In this document: positions 1 to 8,938 of the stretch, one piece after another | Numbering within the stretch: the stretch's first letter is position 1 | How the letters are laid out: each line of letters begins with the position of its first letter | From: Bacteroidia bacterium | GTDB taxonomy: Bacteria; Bacteroidota; Bacteroidia; UBA4408 | Length of the DNA: 51,044 nt | Reading direction: 5' to 3' | Assembly (NCBI GenBank): GCA_023262495.1 | Contig: JALRAS010000005.1 | Span: forward strand, 3,672 to 54,715 | Notes under the pieces: model-generated | Told to the model about the DNA's origin: nothing | Database searches by the model: none | The model's input: only the letters and a program-made list of their open reading frames with translations | Position numbers and translations under genes: made by a program

Positions 1-197
1 TATACAATAGGGTATCCGGCTGTTTCGCAAATCTCAACCTGATCGGCACCTGCTTTTTTAAGTGATGCTGCTACTGCTTCGGCAGTTTTTACAACATCAT
101 TTTTGTATGCAGGGTCGGCACTTACCGAAGGAATACGTAATAATTCAAAAAGTTCATCAAGGAATCGTTGTTGGTTGCTTTGGATATAGGCATTCAT
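1..197 (-). CDS. M20-family dipeptidase, 5' part (runs off the window start)
   Basis: Manual translation from ATG at 197 gives MNAYIQSNQQRFLDELFELLRIPSVSADPAYK...ETAGYPIVY, the typical M20 dipeptidase N-terminus. Not in the ORF track. Confidence 0.8.
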   Translation of the reverse strand, partial: MNAYIQSNQQRFLDELFELLRIPSVSADPAYKNDVVKTAEAVAASLKKAGADQVEICETAGYPIV

Positions 198-217
198 AGT
201 AATTCTGTATTTTTATA

Positions 218-1741
218 TTAATTAAACAATGGAATATTTCTTTGGTTGAAATCTTTTATTGCCGTGGCCATGTATAAATTTCTCCACGTGGCAGCTGCCT
301 CTTTATTCAACAAGTCAAGGATAGGTTTATCATCGCACAATAGGGGAACTTCGGAAAGTTCTTGTGACTCAAATTGAAAACTTTTATGGGCGGTTTTAAA
401 ATCGTGCTTTGAAGCAAATATCAAAATATTGCCTTCTTCCTCTTTGGCTGCGCTAGATAGTAAATGATAATGAAAATTTGATTGCTTTAAGGTCTTTACT
501 ATAGCTTTTATGCCTTTGCTTTTTTCACCTGTTTTAAAGCCATAATTATTAATCACCAACATCCCATTGGTATTAAGGAGTGCTTTTACTTGACTTAAAC
601 TTTCTTCGGTAATCAAATGAGAAGGATTTTCTTCACCCTTAAAAACATCGAATACAATCAAATCATATTTTTTTTGCGTAGTATTGACATACCTGCGCGC
701 ATCGTCAACAAATACCTTGGTGCGCTTGTTTAGGGAGAAGAATTGTTGTGCTGCATAAACAACGCGTTCATCAAATTCAACAGCATCAACTTCAAAATTA
801 TTTTTAACGAGTTCGTTGGCAACAACACCTCCACCTAATCCCAACAACAGCGCCTTTTTTCCTTCCACCTGCTTGCTTGCTTCATCAACCAGCAACGATA
901 CATAGGGGAAGTAGCGGTGTGCTGTGTCTTGTTGGTTATCGTATGTTTGAATTACTCTATTGAATAGCATCATGCGAATATAGGAAACAGGTGTTTGTTG
1001 CTGTTGGTATACCGGATAATCAACCACCATGATTTGGCCCAGTAATCCCTCTTTACTATACAGTATTTTGATGTCGGATATGGCAGTTTCTTTGGTCAGA
1101 ATAAGTTTACCAAACAACATCAATAAAAGTGAAGCAATCAAGAATATTTTTCTTTGCTTAATGATTGCAATAAGCGGAAGTAGGCCCAGTATTGCGCCTG
1201 TTATAAAGGCGGGCTTACTTAATCCAAAGGTTGGAATAATGTAAAATCCCATGCCAAAGGTGGCAATAATACCGCCAACCGTGGAAACAGCATAAATATT
1301 ACCGGCCATATTGCCTGCATGATGCTGATGGTCGCTTAGTTTTTCAATGATGAGAGGTGATACCATCCCCATTAAAAATACCGGAGGCATCAGAAAAAGT
1401 ATGGTCGAGAAAATGATGGATGTTAGAAAGGGAAGATGGGTACTCCATGCAATAATGATACTTGCACTAATGGGCATGGCCGCGGTGAAAACAGCTGCAA
1501 CAAGCAAAACGTAAAATAGTAATTTGGCATTTTGACTCCGTCCTGCCCAATATCCTCCTGTAAAATATCCGGCAGCCAAACCACCTAGGGTAACAGCCAT
1601 AACGGTTGCCCAAACGTAAAGAGATGAGCCAAAGTAAGGGGCTAGCATTTTAGCACCAATCAACTCCGCACTCATCACTGCTGCTCCCTCGGTAAAGGAG
1701 AGGGTGTACAAGAAGAGTCGATTAGGATTGGCTTGTATCAT
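218..1741 (-). CDS. Fused membrane (MFS-like)/spermidine synthase-like SAM-dependent methyltransferase
   Basis: N-terminal TM helices (ELIGAKMLAPYFGSSLYVW), then GLGGG, DARRY and DLIVFDVF motifs. Start moved to ATG 1741, which forms a TAATG overlap with the upstream stop. Confidence 0.85.
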   Translation of the reverse strand: MIQANPNRLFLYTLSFTEGAAVMSAELIGAKMLAPYFGSSLYVWATVMAVTLGGLAAGYFTGGYWAGRSQNAKLLFYVLLVAAVFTAAMPISASIIIAWSTHLPFLTSIIFSTILFLMPPVFLMGMVSPLIIEKLSDHQHHAGNMAGNIYAVSTVGGIIATFGMGFYIIPTFGLSKPAFITGAILGLLPLIAIIKQRKIFLIASLLLMLFGKLILTKETAISDIKILYSKEGLLGQIMVVDYPVYQQQQTPVSYIRMMLFNRVIQTYDNQQDTAHRYFPYVSLLVDEASKQVEGKKALLLGLGGGVVANELVKNNFEVDAVEFDERVVYAAQQFFSLNKRTKVFVDDARRYVNTTQKKYDLIVFDVFKGEENPSHLITEESLSQVKALLNTNGMLVINNYGFKTGEKSKGIKAIVKTLKQSNFHYHLLSSAAKEEEGNILIFASKHDFKTAHKSFQFESQELSEVPLLCDDKPILDLLNKEAAATWRNLYMATAIKDFNQRNIPLFN

Positions 1742-2928
1742 TAATTTTTTGAACCACTTTTGATGATGGTATATTTTGTTTTTAGTTTTAAAAACCAACC
1801 TTCGAAGTAGGCATACGACAGCCATGATACCAGAATGGTGAGTGCGGTTACTGAAGCATAAATAACCAACTGCGGTATGAGTTCGTTGGAAGGCATGATG
1901 CCTGCTGCTTTCATTAAATAAATTACAAGCGGTATCAACATGAAGTGGTACATGTACATGCTATACGAAATTTTACCTAAGAAATTAAACACATCATTTT
2001 CAAGTTTGATGATGGAATCGGGATTGCCCGAAACATTGGCAATAATAAATAGGAAAATTACACTGTAAACTAAGTGAATGCCATCTTGTATGGCAGGAGG
2101 TGTAAATAAAATCAAAATAGGAATACAGAGTAAGCACATTGGAAGCACAATAGGTTGGTACACCAAATTTTTAAATTGTGTTTTGTAATTGTAAAGTAGG
2201 TAGGCACCCATACCACCAATTGTCATAGATTCTATTTTGGTCATAGCCAAGAATTTTTTAATGATTGCAAGTGTTGGACTGCCATATCCGGCCTTGAACA
2301 AAATTAACACAAATACCTTAAGACCAATCATGATGCAAAATACAATGACCAACATTTTGAAAATATTACCGGCTTTTTTGGCAAGTACAGGCCATATCAA
2401 ATAAAATTGTTCCTCAACACCAATCGACCATGTTTGACTAATCATAGGCACAGGTGAAAAAATGGCATGGGCAATATTTGGGAAGATAATTAAATAAAGG
2501 AATAGATTGATTCCAAAATGATCGTTAAGTTCTTTACTTGAAAAGCTAATCGATCCATTGACAATATATGGAACAACAAAAAAACCCAAAATAACAATAA
2601 GGTAGTAGAGGGGCCAAATTCTCAAGATCCTTCGCAAGTAGAACTTTTTAACTGCAATTGTTCCTGTTTTTGCTTTCTCAACAAGGAGTAAATAAGTGAT
2701 TAAAAAACCACTCAATACAAAGAAGAAATAAACTCCCAAACCTCCTGCCTCAAACACAAATGTATTTACAGCACTTTTCAAGGTTAGGATATTTGAACTA
2801 TGATTTCCCCACAAATTTGGTAACCCCATAAAATGTTTCACCAATTCTATATGTGTAACCACTACTGCCATTGCAGCAAAGAAACGCAGCCCGTTTAACC
2901 CCGGAAAATAAACCTTGTTATTATCCAT
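1741..2928 (-). CDS. Acyltransferase family 3 (OafA-like membrane O-acyltransferase)
   Basis: LNGLRFFAA, GVYFFFVLSGFLIT, RRILRIWPLYY, WSIGVEEQFY and GKISYSMYMYH motifs. Confidence 0.9.
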   Translation of the reverse strand: MDNNKVYFPGLNGLRFFAAMAVVVTHIELVKHFMGLPNLWGNHSSNILTLKSAVNTFVFEAGGLGVYFFFVLSGFLITYLLLVEKAKTGTIAVKKFYLRRILRIWPLYYLIVILGFFVVPYIVNGSISFSSKELNDHFGINLFLYLIIFPNIAHAIFSPVPMISQTWSIGVEEQFYLIWPVLAKKAGNIFKMLVIVFCIMIGLKVFVLILFKAGYGSPTLAIIKKFLAMTKIESMTIGGMGAYLLYNYKTQFKNLVYQPIVLPMCLLCIPILILFTPPAIQDGIHLVYSVIFLFIIANVSGNPDSIIKLENDVFNFLGKISYSMYMYHFMLIPLVIYLMKAAGIMPSNELIPQLVIYASVTALTILVSWLSYAYFEGWFLKLKTKYTIIKSGSKN

Positions 2929-2992
2929 TACAGGTTAAAATAAAATGGTTGCATTTCATGTTGACAGGGTATATTGATTTGTTATCGCTTCG

Positions 2993-3000
2993 CAAAATTA
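2993..3000 (-). promoter_or_regulatory. Bacteroidota -7 promoter box (TAATTTTG) for the acyltransferase operon
   Basis: Matches TAnnTTTG about 65 nt upstream of the ATG. Confidence 0.45.
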
Positions 3001-3159
3001 TTTTAATCAAACTGCTCATAGTTGCTTCATCAGTTAACCGGTAATTTGCAGCATATCAATCAAAAAAATCACTCCAATACACTGCTGCAAATTTCAGTTC
3101 ATTGGCATTATTTTGAGCAACAAATATCTTAATTTTTTTTAATCTCTCGAGATGCCTTT

Positions 3160-3289
3160 TATACCAATTGCATTTATTTTTTAGTCCAACTAAAAAATAA
3201 ATTTGCAATGATTAATGCCGATACTACCTGAAAATAGTACAATGAGGCAATGTCGAAATTGGACTAAATTGAAAGTGTAATCGGTATTA
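3160..3289. mobile_element. Small MITE-like element with imperfect ~30-bp terminal inverted repeats
   Basis: Left end TATACCAATTGCATTTATTTTTTAGTCCAA versus reverse complement of right end AATACCGATTACACTTTCAATTTAGTCCAA. The right-end 21-mer recurs at 29558-29578. Confidence 0.5.
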
Positions 3290-3377
3290 ATTATCAGGGG
3301 TACTTTTGCTCGGGAAAATCATATTGTAATCAAAGGCACGCAAATGCATACCAGACAAAGCGATTGATAGATGTTAG

Positions 3378-4031
3378 CTACTTTTTTTTGATTTCGCTGC
3401 TGAGTTCAATGACTGTATTATACACGTATGTCTTGTGCTTTTTTATAGACACGCCAATGTATAAGACCTCGGGATTGAGTAGCGATTTTCTATGACTCAA
3501 GCTAGGAATGCCCTCGTCAATGAGTAAATCTATAACTATGCTAAAGGCATCGCCATAGCCATATTGACAATTTTCAAACACTTTTTTATATCTCTTGCTC
3601 AAGTGTGCTGCGCGCATTTCATAAGTTTCACCGGTGGGTGAATTGTGTCCTACCTTACCTTTAACGCCCATTTCGGTAGCATGTTTTTTAGCCATTTCAT
3701 ACAGGTCAAATTTAGGTTCAATGCATCCTGTTGCTTGCATGTTGTTGAGATCTTTCAGTAAACTGCTTAAGTAAGAAGTCTTCTCTATGGCTGCAGAATC
3801 TAGATAGTCTTTAAGATAGGTATCTGCAAACAACTTAGGATTGATACGTACCATGTTGATGTACATCACAACAGCTTTTTCTTCAGCCGTAAGATAGCCG
3901 GTTGATTGCGCAGTTTGACATTTTTTTAGCAATGAATCGGGCCACTCTGCTGACAATGCCCCAGCAGGGCAACTCAAAAAAACATACATGACCAATCCAA
4001 TATAGTGCTTCATTCTTTTATTATCATGCAA
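3378..4031 (-). CDS. CAP (SCP-like) domain secreted protein
   Basis: Signal-like N-terminus; INMVRINP, AKKHATEM, GHNSP, ENCQYG and HRKSLLNP motifs. Confidence 0.85.
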   Translation of the reverse strand: MHDNKRMKHYIGLVMYVFLSCPAGALSAEWPDSLLKKCQTAQSTGYLTAEEKAVVMYINMVRINPKLFADTYLKDYLDSAAIEKTSYLSSLLKDLNNMQATGCIEPKFDLYEMAKKHATEMGVKGKVGHNSPTGETYEMRAAHLSKRYKKVFENCQYGYGDAFSIVIDLLIDEGIPSLSHRKSLLNPEVLYIGVSIKKHKTYVYNTVIELSSEIKKK

Positions 4032-4056
4032 AAATTATGCATCAATTGTGCCAAAC

Positions 4057-5700
4057 TTAAAATACTTGTTTCCCATCGCTGAATGTTTTTAAAACCTTGA
4101 TATAAGGAATATCATACTCATTGCAATTCATAATGTCTTTATCAATAATGATAAAGTCAGCTGCTTTGCCCACTTCCAGGCTGCCTCTCATTTTCTCTTC
4201 AAATCCTGCATAAGCAGCCCAACTCGTGAATGCTCTTATTGCCTGTTCGCGCGATATTTTATTTTGCGATTCAAAACCGCCTGCCGGTATTCTTCTCAAA
4301 TCTTGACGTGTTACCGCGGCATAAATACCTCTGAAGGGATTGATACCCTCAACCGGAAAGTCACTACCACCGGCAATCATCCCCGCGTGTTCAATTAACT
4401 TCTTTAAAGCATAGGCATTTTTAGTCCGTTCTTTTCCAATACGATCATATACCCAATACATGTCGGAAGTTGCATGTGTGGGCTGAACCGATGGAATGAT
4501 TTTATTCAAAGCAAATTTTTTAAAGTCAGATTCATCAATGACCTGTGCATGCTCTATTCTCCATCTTCTATGCCTATCATTGCCAAGTACCTGATGATAC
4601 AAATCAAGGATAAAACGATTGGCAGAATCACCAATGCAATGCGTGTTCATCTGGAATTGTGAACGTGCAATTTTTTGGGCAACTGCTCTCAAGGAATCGG
4701 GATGCGATAGTAAAAAACCTGCCTCATTTTTTTTATCTTGGTATGGCTTCAATAAGCATGCTCCTCTCGATCCCAGAGCCCCGTCAGCATATACTTTAAA
4801 TGCCCTTACGCTGAGGTTTTCTTTAATGATTGGCCCACTTTTAAGGTAATGTTTTAAATTATCCTGATCAGCAGACAGCATCAAGTGTAGTTTCATTTTA
4901 AGTTTGCCGCTCGTTTGCAAACTATCTAAAAATTCTACTATTTTTTTTGAAAGTCCTGCATCGGCCACAGAGGTGAGACCTACCTCAAAACAATTTTTTT
5001 GTGCAGTCATCAAAGCATCAAAACGCTCTGATACCGATGGGTCGGGAATGTGCTTGCTTACCTCATTTACTGCGTTGTCAATAAGCATACCGGTGAGGGT
5101 TTGCTTTCCGTTTTTAGTGATTATTTCAAATACACCACCCTCAATTTTGTTGGCAGCGGTAATGCCTGCAAGGTCGAGTGCCTTCTGATTAGCTAATGCA
5201 GCGTGGCCATCCACACGCGACAGGAGCACAGGTCGGTCAGGGAACAATTTGTCTAAGCTGTCTTTAGTTGGAAAGTCCTTCACCTTCCAATCGTTTTGAT
5301 CCCAACCTCTTCCCTTTATCCATAGTGATTTTGATGTGGTGGAAAATTCCTGTACGCGTTGAATTACCTCGTTGAATGAACGTGTGCCTGTGAGATCTAC
5401 CTCGCGCAATCCTAATGCATAATAATAGAAATGCGTATGGGCATCATACAAGCCAGGGAGTACGGTCTTTCCTTGTAAGTCAATCTTTTCAGGAGCATCA
5501 TACAATTCAAAAATTTTGGCCGTTGTTCCAATAGCAGCAATTTTTCCATCTTTTACAGCCATGGCAGCGTGCTTTGAAAATGCACTGTCAACGCTATAGA
5601 TAGTAGCGTTGTATAAAATCATATCTACTTGTGTATGACTTTTACATCCCGCAAGTGCAATGATGAGTAGGGAACAGATAATGCTGATGATGTTTCTCAT
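4057..5700 (-). CDS. Amidohydrolase 3 (YtcJ-like) lipoprotein
   Basis: LAGC lipobox; PGLYDAHTH, DGALGSRGA, HCIGD, RIEHAQ and GSDFPVE motifs. Confidence 0.9.
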   Translation of the reverse strand: MRNIISIICSLLIIALAGCKSHTQVDMILYNATIYSVDSAFSKHAAMAVKDGKIAAIGTTAKIFELYDAPEKIDLQGKTVLPGLYDAHTHFYYYALGLREVDLTGTRSFNEVIQRVQEFSTTSKSLWIKGRGWDQNDWKVKDFPTKDSLDKLFPDRPVLLSRVDGHAALANQKALDLAGITAANKIEGGVFEIITKNGKQTLTGMLIDNAVNEVSKHIPDPSVSERFDALMTAQKNCFEVGLTSVADAGLSKKIVEFLDSLQTSGKLKMKLHLMLSADQDNLKHYLKSGPIIKENLSVRAFKVYADGALGSRGACLLKPYQDKKNEAGFLLSHPDSLRAVAQKIARSQFQMNTHCIGDSANRFILDLYHQVLGNDRHRRWRIEHAQVIDESDFKKFALNKIIPSVQPTHATSDMYWVYDRIGKERTKNAYALKKLIEHAGMIAGGSDFPVEGINPFRGIYAAVTRQDLRRIPAGGFESQNKISREQAIRAFTSWAAYAGFEEKMRGSLEVGKAADFIIIDKDIMNCNEYDIPYIKVLKTFSDGKQVF

Positions 5701-5703
5701 GTG

Positions 5704-6459
5704 CTATTTTCTGAAGGTTGTAGTAGCGTTTGCCTGTGCTTTTGGGGTAATAGTAATGTCGCTGATATTCACATGCTCGGGGCGCGAAGCTGCCCAATAA
5801 ACCGCATCGGCAACATCATGGGCACTCAAGGGGGTAAGTCCTGCATAAACTTTTTTTGCTCTTTCGCTGTCGCCCTTATATCTTACCAAACTGAATTCTG
5901 TTTCAACCATGCCGGGCGCTATATTGGTCACTCTGATGCCGTGTTGCAACAAATCTATGCGCATGGTTTGAGACAATGAATCAACGGCATGTTTTGTTGC
6001 ACAATATACATTACCGTTGGCATAGTTTTCTTTACCTGCTATGGAGCTGATGTTGATGATATGTCCTGCTTGCTGCAATACCATCATCGGTGCCACAATT
6101 CGCGCCATATAAAGCAAACCTTTGATATTGGTATCAATCATTGTTTCCCAATCGCTATGCAGCCCTTCGTGAATCGGATTGAGGCCCGCAGCTAATCCTG
6201 CGTTATTAATGAGTATATCAATTTGTTGGTAGTCGGTCGGCAATTTTGTGATTGCGTTTTCGCAAGCCACCTTATTGGTTACATCAAATACCAGTGGCAA
6301 GGTGTTAGTGCCATATTGAGTTTGAAGTGTTTGCGTCAATTGTTTGAGTTTTTCTTCACGCCTTCCTGTGATGATCAATCGATAACCGTTTTCGGCAAAG
6401 ATGTGCGCGCAGGCTTCTCCTATGCCTGAAGTTGCTCCTGTTATAAGTACTGTTTTCAA
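5704..6459 (-). CDS. SDR-family NAD(P)-dependent oxidoreductase (YdfG-like)
   Basis: TGATSGIG, NNAG, YCATK and PGMVETEFS motifs. Confidence 0.9.
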   Translation of the reverse strand: MKTVLITGATSGIGEACAHIFAENGYRLIITGRREEKLKQLTQTLQTQYGTNTLPLVFDVTNKVACENAITKLPTDYQQIDILINNAGLAAGLNPIHEGLHSDWETMIDTNIKGLLYMARIVAPMMVLQQAGHIINISSIAGKENYANGNVYCATKHAVDSLSQTMRIDLLQHGIRVTNIAPGMVETEFSLVRYKGDSERAKKVYAGLTPLSAHDVADAVYWAASRPEHVNISDITITPKAQANATTTFRK

Positions 6460-6480
6460 CGTTTATATAATTTATTGCTG

Positions 6481-6488
6481 CAAAAGTA
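6481..6488 (-). promoter_or_regulatory. Bacteroidota -7 promoter box (TACTTTTG) for the SDR-amidohydrolase-CAP operon
   Basis: TAnnTTTG match about 22 nt upstream of the start codon. Confidence 0.5.
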
Positions 6489-6584
6489 AGATTAAAATAC
6501 TTTGAAGGGTGCACTAAAATTTCTGTTAATAAACTTTCAATTGTGAGATAAAAAACTTTACTTTGAGAGTCTAAACTTAACTAT

Positions 6585-8363
6585 ATGAGTAATCCACTAA
6601 AAGGCGGAGAGTTTTTGATCCGCACCACCGAAGCGAAAGATATTTTTATTCCGGAACAATGGAACGAAGAACAACAAATGATTGCCCAATCATGCCATGA
6701 TTTTTTGGCTGCAGAAATTTGGCCGAATCTCGATAGAATTGATGCTCAAGAGGAAGGGCTTACAGTGTCATTGTTAGATAAGGCAGCCGAATTAGGTTTG
6801 CTTGGGCTCAATGTTCCTGAAGAATATGGAGGTTTTGAAAAAGATTTTGTTACCGGCATGTTGGCTACTGAAGTAATTGGTGCCGGACATTCATTTGCGG
6901 TATCTATCTCTGCACACACCGGTATTGGAACACTTCCCATATTGTATTATGGTAATGAAGCACAAAAACAAAAATACATTCCTAAATTGGCAAGTGGCGA
7001 GTGGAAAGCTTGCTACTGTCTAACAGAGCCCAACTCGGGATCTGATGCCAACAGTGGTAAAACAAAAGCCGTGTTGAGTGCCGATGGAAAGCATTACATC
7101 CTTAACGGTCAAAAAATGTGGATTACCAACGGAGGATTTGCTGATGTATTTACCGTGTTTGCCAAAATAGATGATGATGAAAATTTAAGTGCGTTCATTG
7201 TTGAAAAAAGTTTTGGTGGCATAACACTTAATCCCGAGGAGCATAAGATGGGAATAAAAGGCAGCAGCACCCGACAAGTATTTTTCAATGATTGTAAAGT
7301 GCCTGTCGAAAATTTATTGAGCGAAAGACAAAACGGTTTCAAGATTGCTGTTAACATATTAAACATGGGCCGTGTAAAGTTGGCTGCAGCAGCGCTTGGT
7401 GGCTGTAAGCGTGCTTCAGGTATTTCAGTAAACTATGCCAACGAGCGTCAACAATTTGGCCGCCCTATTGCAAAGTATGGTGCCATACGACACAAATTAG
7501 CAGAGCAAGCGATTCGCATTTACGCCATGGAGAGTGCGCTGTATAGAGTTACTCAAAATATTGAAGATGCCATCAATGCTTATGCAGCATCAGGAATGGA
7601 CAAAGGAAAAGCCATTTTAAAAGGGGTAGAGCAGTTTGCTCCCGAGGCAGCAATCATGAAAGTTGCCGGTAGTGAGGTGCTTGATTATGTTGTTGATGAA
7701 GGTGTTCAAATATACGGTGGTATGGGATACAGTGCCGAAGCGCCTATGGACAGAGCTTATCGCGACAGTCGTATCAATCGAATCTTTGAGGGAACCAACG
7801 AAATCAACCGTATGCTCATTGTGGATATGATGCTGCGTAAAGCTATGAAAGGAGAGTTAGATTTAATGGGGCCCGCACAAAAGGTTGCTGCCGAGTTAAT
7901 GAGTATCCCCGATTTTGGTGGCGATGATGATACTCCTTTTGCGAAAGAGAAAAAATATATCGAAAATTTCAAAAAAGCGGCTTTGATGGTAGCCGGTGCT
8001 GCGGCACAAAAGCTCATGATGGAGTTGTCAAAAGAGCAGGAGGTGTTGATGAATATTGCCGACATGATAATTGATTTATACATCTCTGAAAGTGTGATGC
8101 TGCGTGTTGAAAAATTATGCAGCATGAAAGGTGCCGATCATTGTAAAGAGCAATTAGAAATGATGCGTGTATACATCAACGATGCTGCGGATCGTATTCA
8201 TAAAAATGGTAAAGATGCCATCAATTCCTTTGCTGAAGGTGATGAGTTACGCATGATGTTGATGGGCTTGAAACGTTTCACTAAAACAGATCCATTCAAT
8301 AGCAAAGAGGCACGTAGAGTTGTTGCAGCCAAATTAATTGCAGAGAATAAATACTGTTTTTAA
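6585..8363 (+). CDS. Acyl-CoA dehydrogenase (long, ACAD9/VLCAD-like form)
   Basis: CLTEPNSGSD, LNGQKMWITN, KMGIKGSST, RQQFGRPI, GGMGY and RIFEGTNEI motifs. Confidence 0.95.
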   Translation: MSNPLKGGEFLIRTTEAKDIFIPEQWNEEQQMIAQSCHDFLAAEIWPNLDRIDAQEEGLTVSLLDKAAELGLLGLNVPEEYGGFEKDFVTGMLATEVIGAGHSFAVSISAHTGIGTLPILYYGNEAQKQKYIPKLASGEWKACYCLTEPNSGSDANSGKTKAVLSADGKHYILNGQKMWITNGGFADVFTVFAKIDDDENLSAFIVEKSFGGITLNPEEHKMGIKGSSTRQVFFNDCKVPVENLLSERQNGFKIAVNILNMGRVKLAAAALGGCKRASGISVNYANERQQFGRPIAKYGAIRHKLAEQAIRIYAMESALYRVTQNIEDAINAYAASGMDKGKAILKGVEQFAPEAAIMKVAGSEVLDYVVDEGVQIYGGMGYSAEAPMDRAYRDSRINRIFEGTNEINRMLIVDMMLRKAMKGELDLMGPAQKVAAELMSIPDFGGDDDTPFAKEKKYIENFKKAALMVAGAAAQKLMMELSKEQEVLMNIADMIIDLYISESVMLRVEKLCSMKGADHCKEQLEMMRVYINDAADRIHKNGKDAINSFAEGDELRMMLMGLKRFTKTDPFNSKEARRVVAAKLIAENKYCF

Positions 8364-8380
8364 ATAAAAATGAAAGGTAT

Positions 8381-8408
8381 GTGGTTGGAGTAAACTCCAA
8401 CCACTTTT
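8381..8408 (+). terminator. Intrinsic terminator after the acyl-CoA dehydrogenase gene
   Basis: GTGGTTGGAG-TAAA-CTCCAACCAC, a perfect 10-bp stem followed by TTTT. Confidence 0.75.
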
Positions 8409-8484
8409 GGAAACTTGTAGTTGCATTTTTCCTGCTTCCTGCATCAAGTACAATTGGTTAGCAACACTTCTTTACACCAAATTT

Positions 8485-8895
8485 TTATTGTAACATCAGG
8501 AGTAATGTTGATGCTCTTAATTGACCAAAAATAATGGCCTTTTGATTAAATGCGATCCCACATGCGATTGCGTCCTCCTTACTAATATCAATGATCAATA
8601 ATGACATTTCGTTGGGCCAGCCTTTTGTTCCTTCTCCATAACCCAAAACAAATTTATATCCTCGAGTTTCTACGTAGTTGATGAGTTGCTTATGACGCAG
8701 TTCGTTTTGCTCTGCCGTTAACAATTCAGAGAGAGGATTATAGGCGGTTATAAAGGCGTATGTTGTGCAGTTGTTTTCAATTAACAAATGGTCAAGTTTC
8801 TCATTTTTTTTACCCACTTGTATCACTATATCTTCAACAATATACCTTGTCTTTGCATAAGCTGATTTGAGCTCTCGGTTTTTATGTGTATACAT
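8485..8895 (-). CDS. DUF3293-family protein; putative SAM lyase-like fold
   Basis: AY..T.Y N-terminus, FITAYNP, N..RH..L, G.G...W..E.S and A...G..FNQ.AI motifs typical of DUF3293. The SAM-lyase link is inference. Confidence 0.75.
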   Translation of the reverse strand: MYTHKNRELKSAYAKTRYIVEDIVIQVGKKNEKLDHLLIENNCTTYAFITAYNPLSELLTAEQNELRHKQLINYVETRGYKFVLGYGEGTKGWPNEMSLLIIDISKEDAIACGIAFNQKAIIFGQLRASTLLLMLQ

Positions 8896-8938
8896 ATTAT
8901 ACCTTAACTTATGATTAATTAATACTTGATTTTGGCTA

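Noticed and set aside
1742-1825. N-terminal extension of the spermidine-synthase-like ORF
   Set aside because: It overlaps the acyltransferase 3' end. The TAATG stop/start coupling at 1741 gives a better start.
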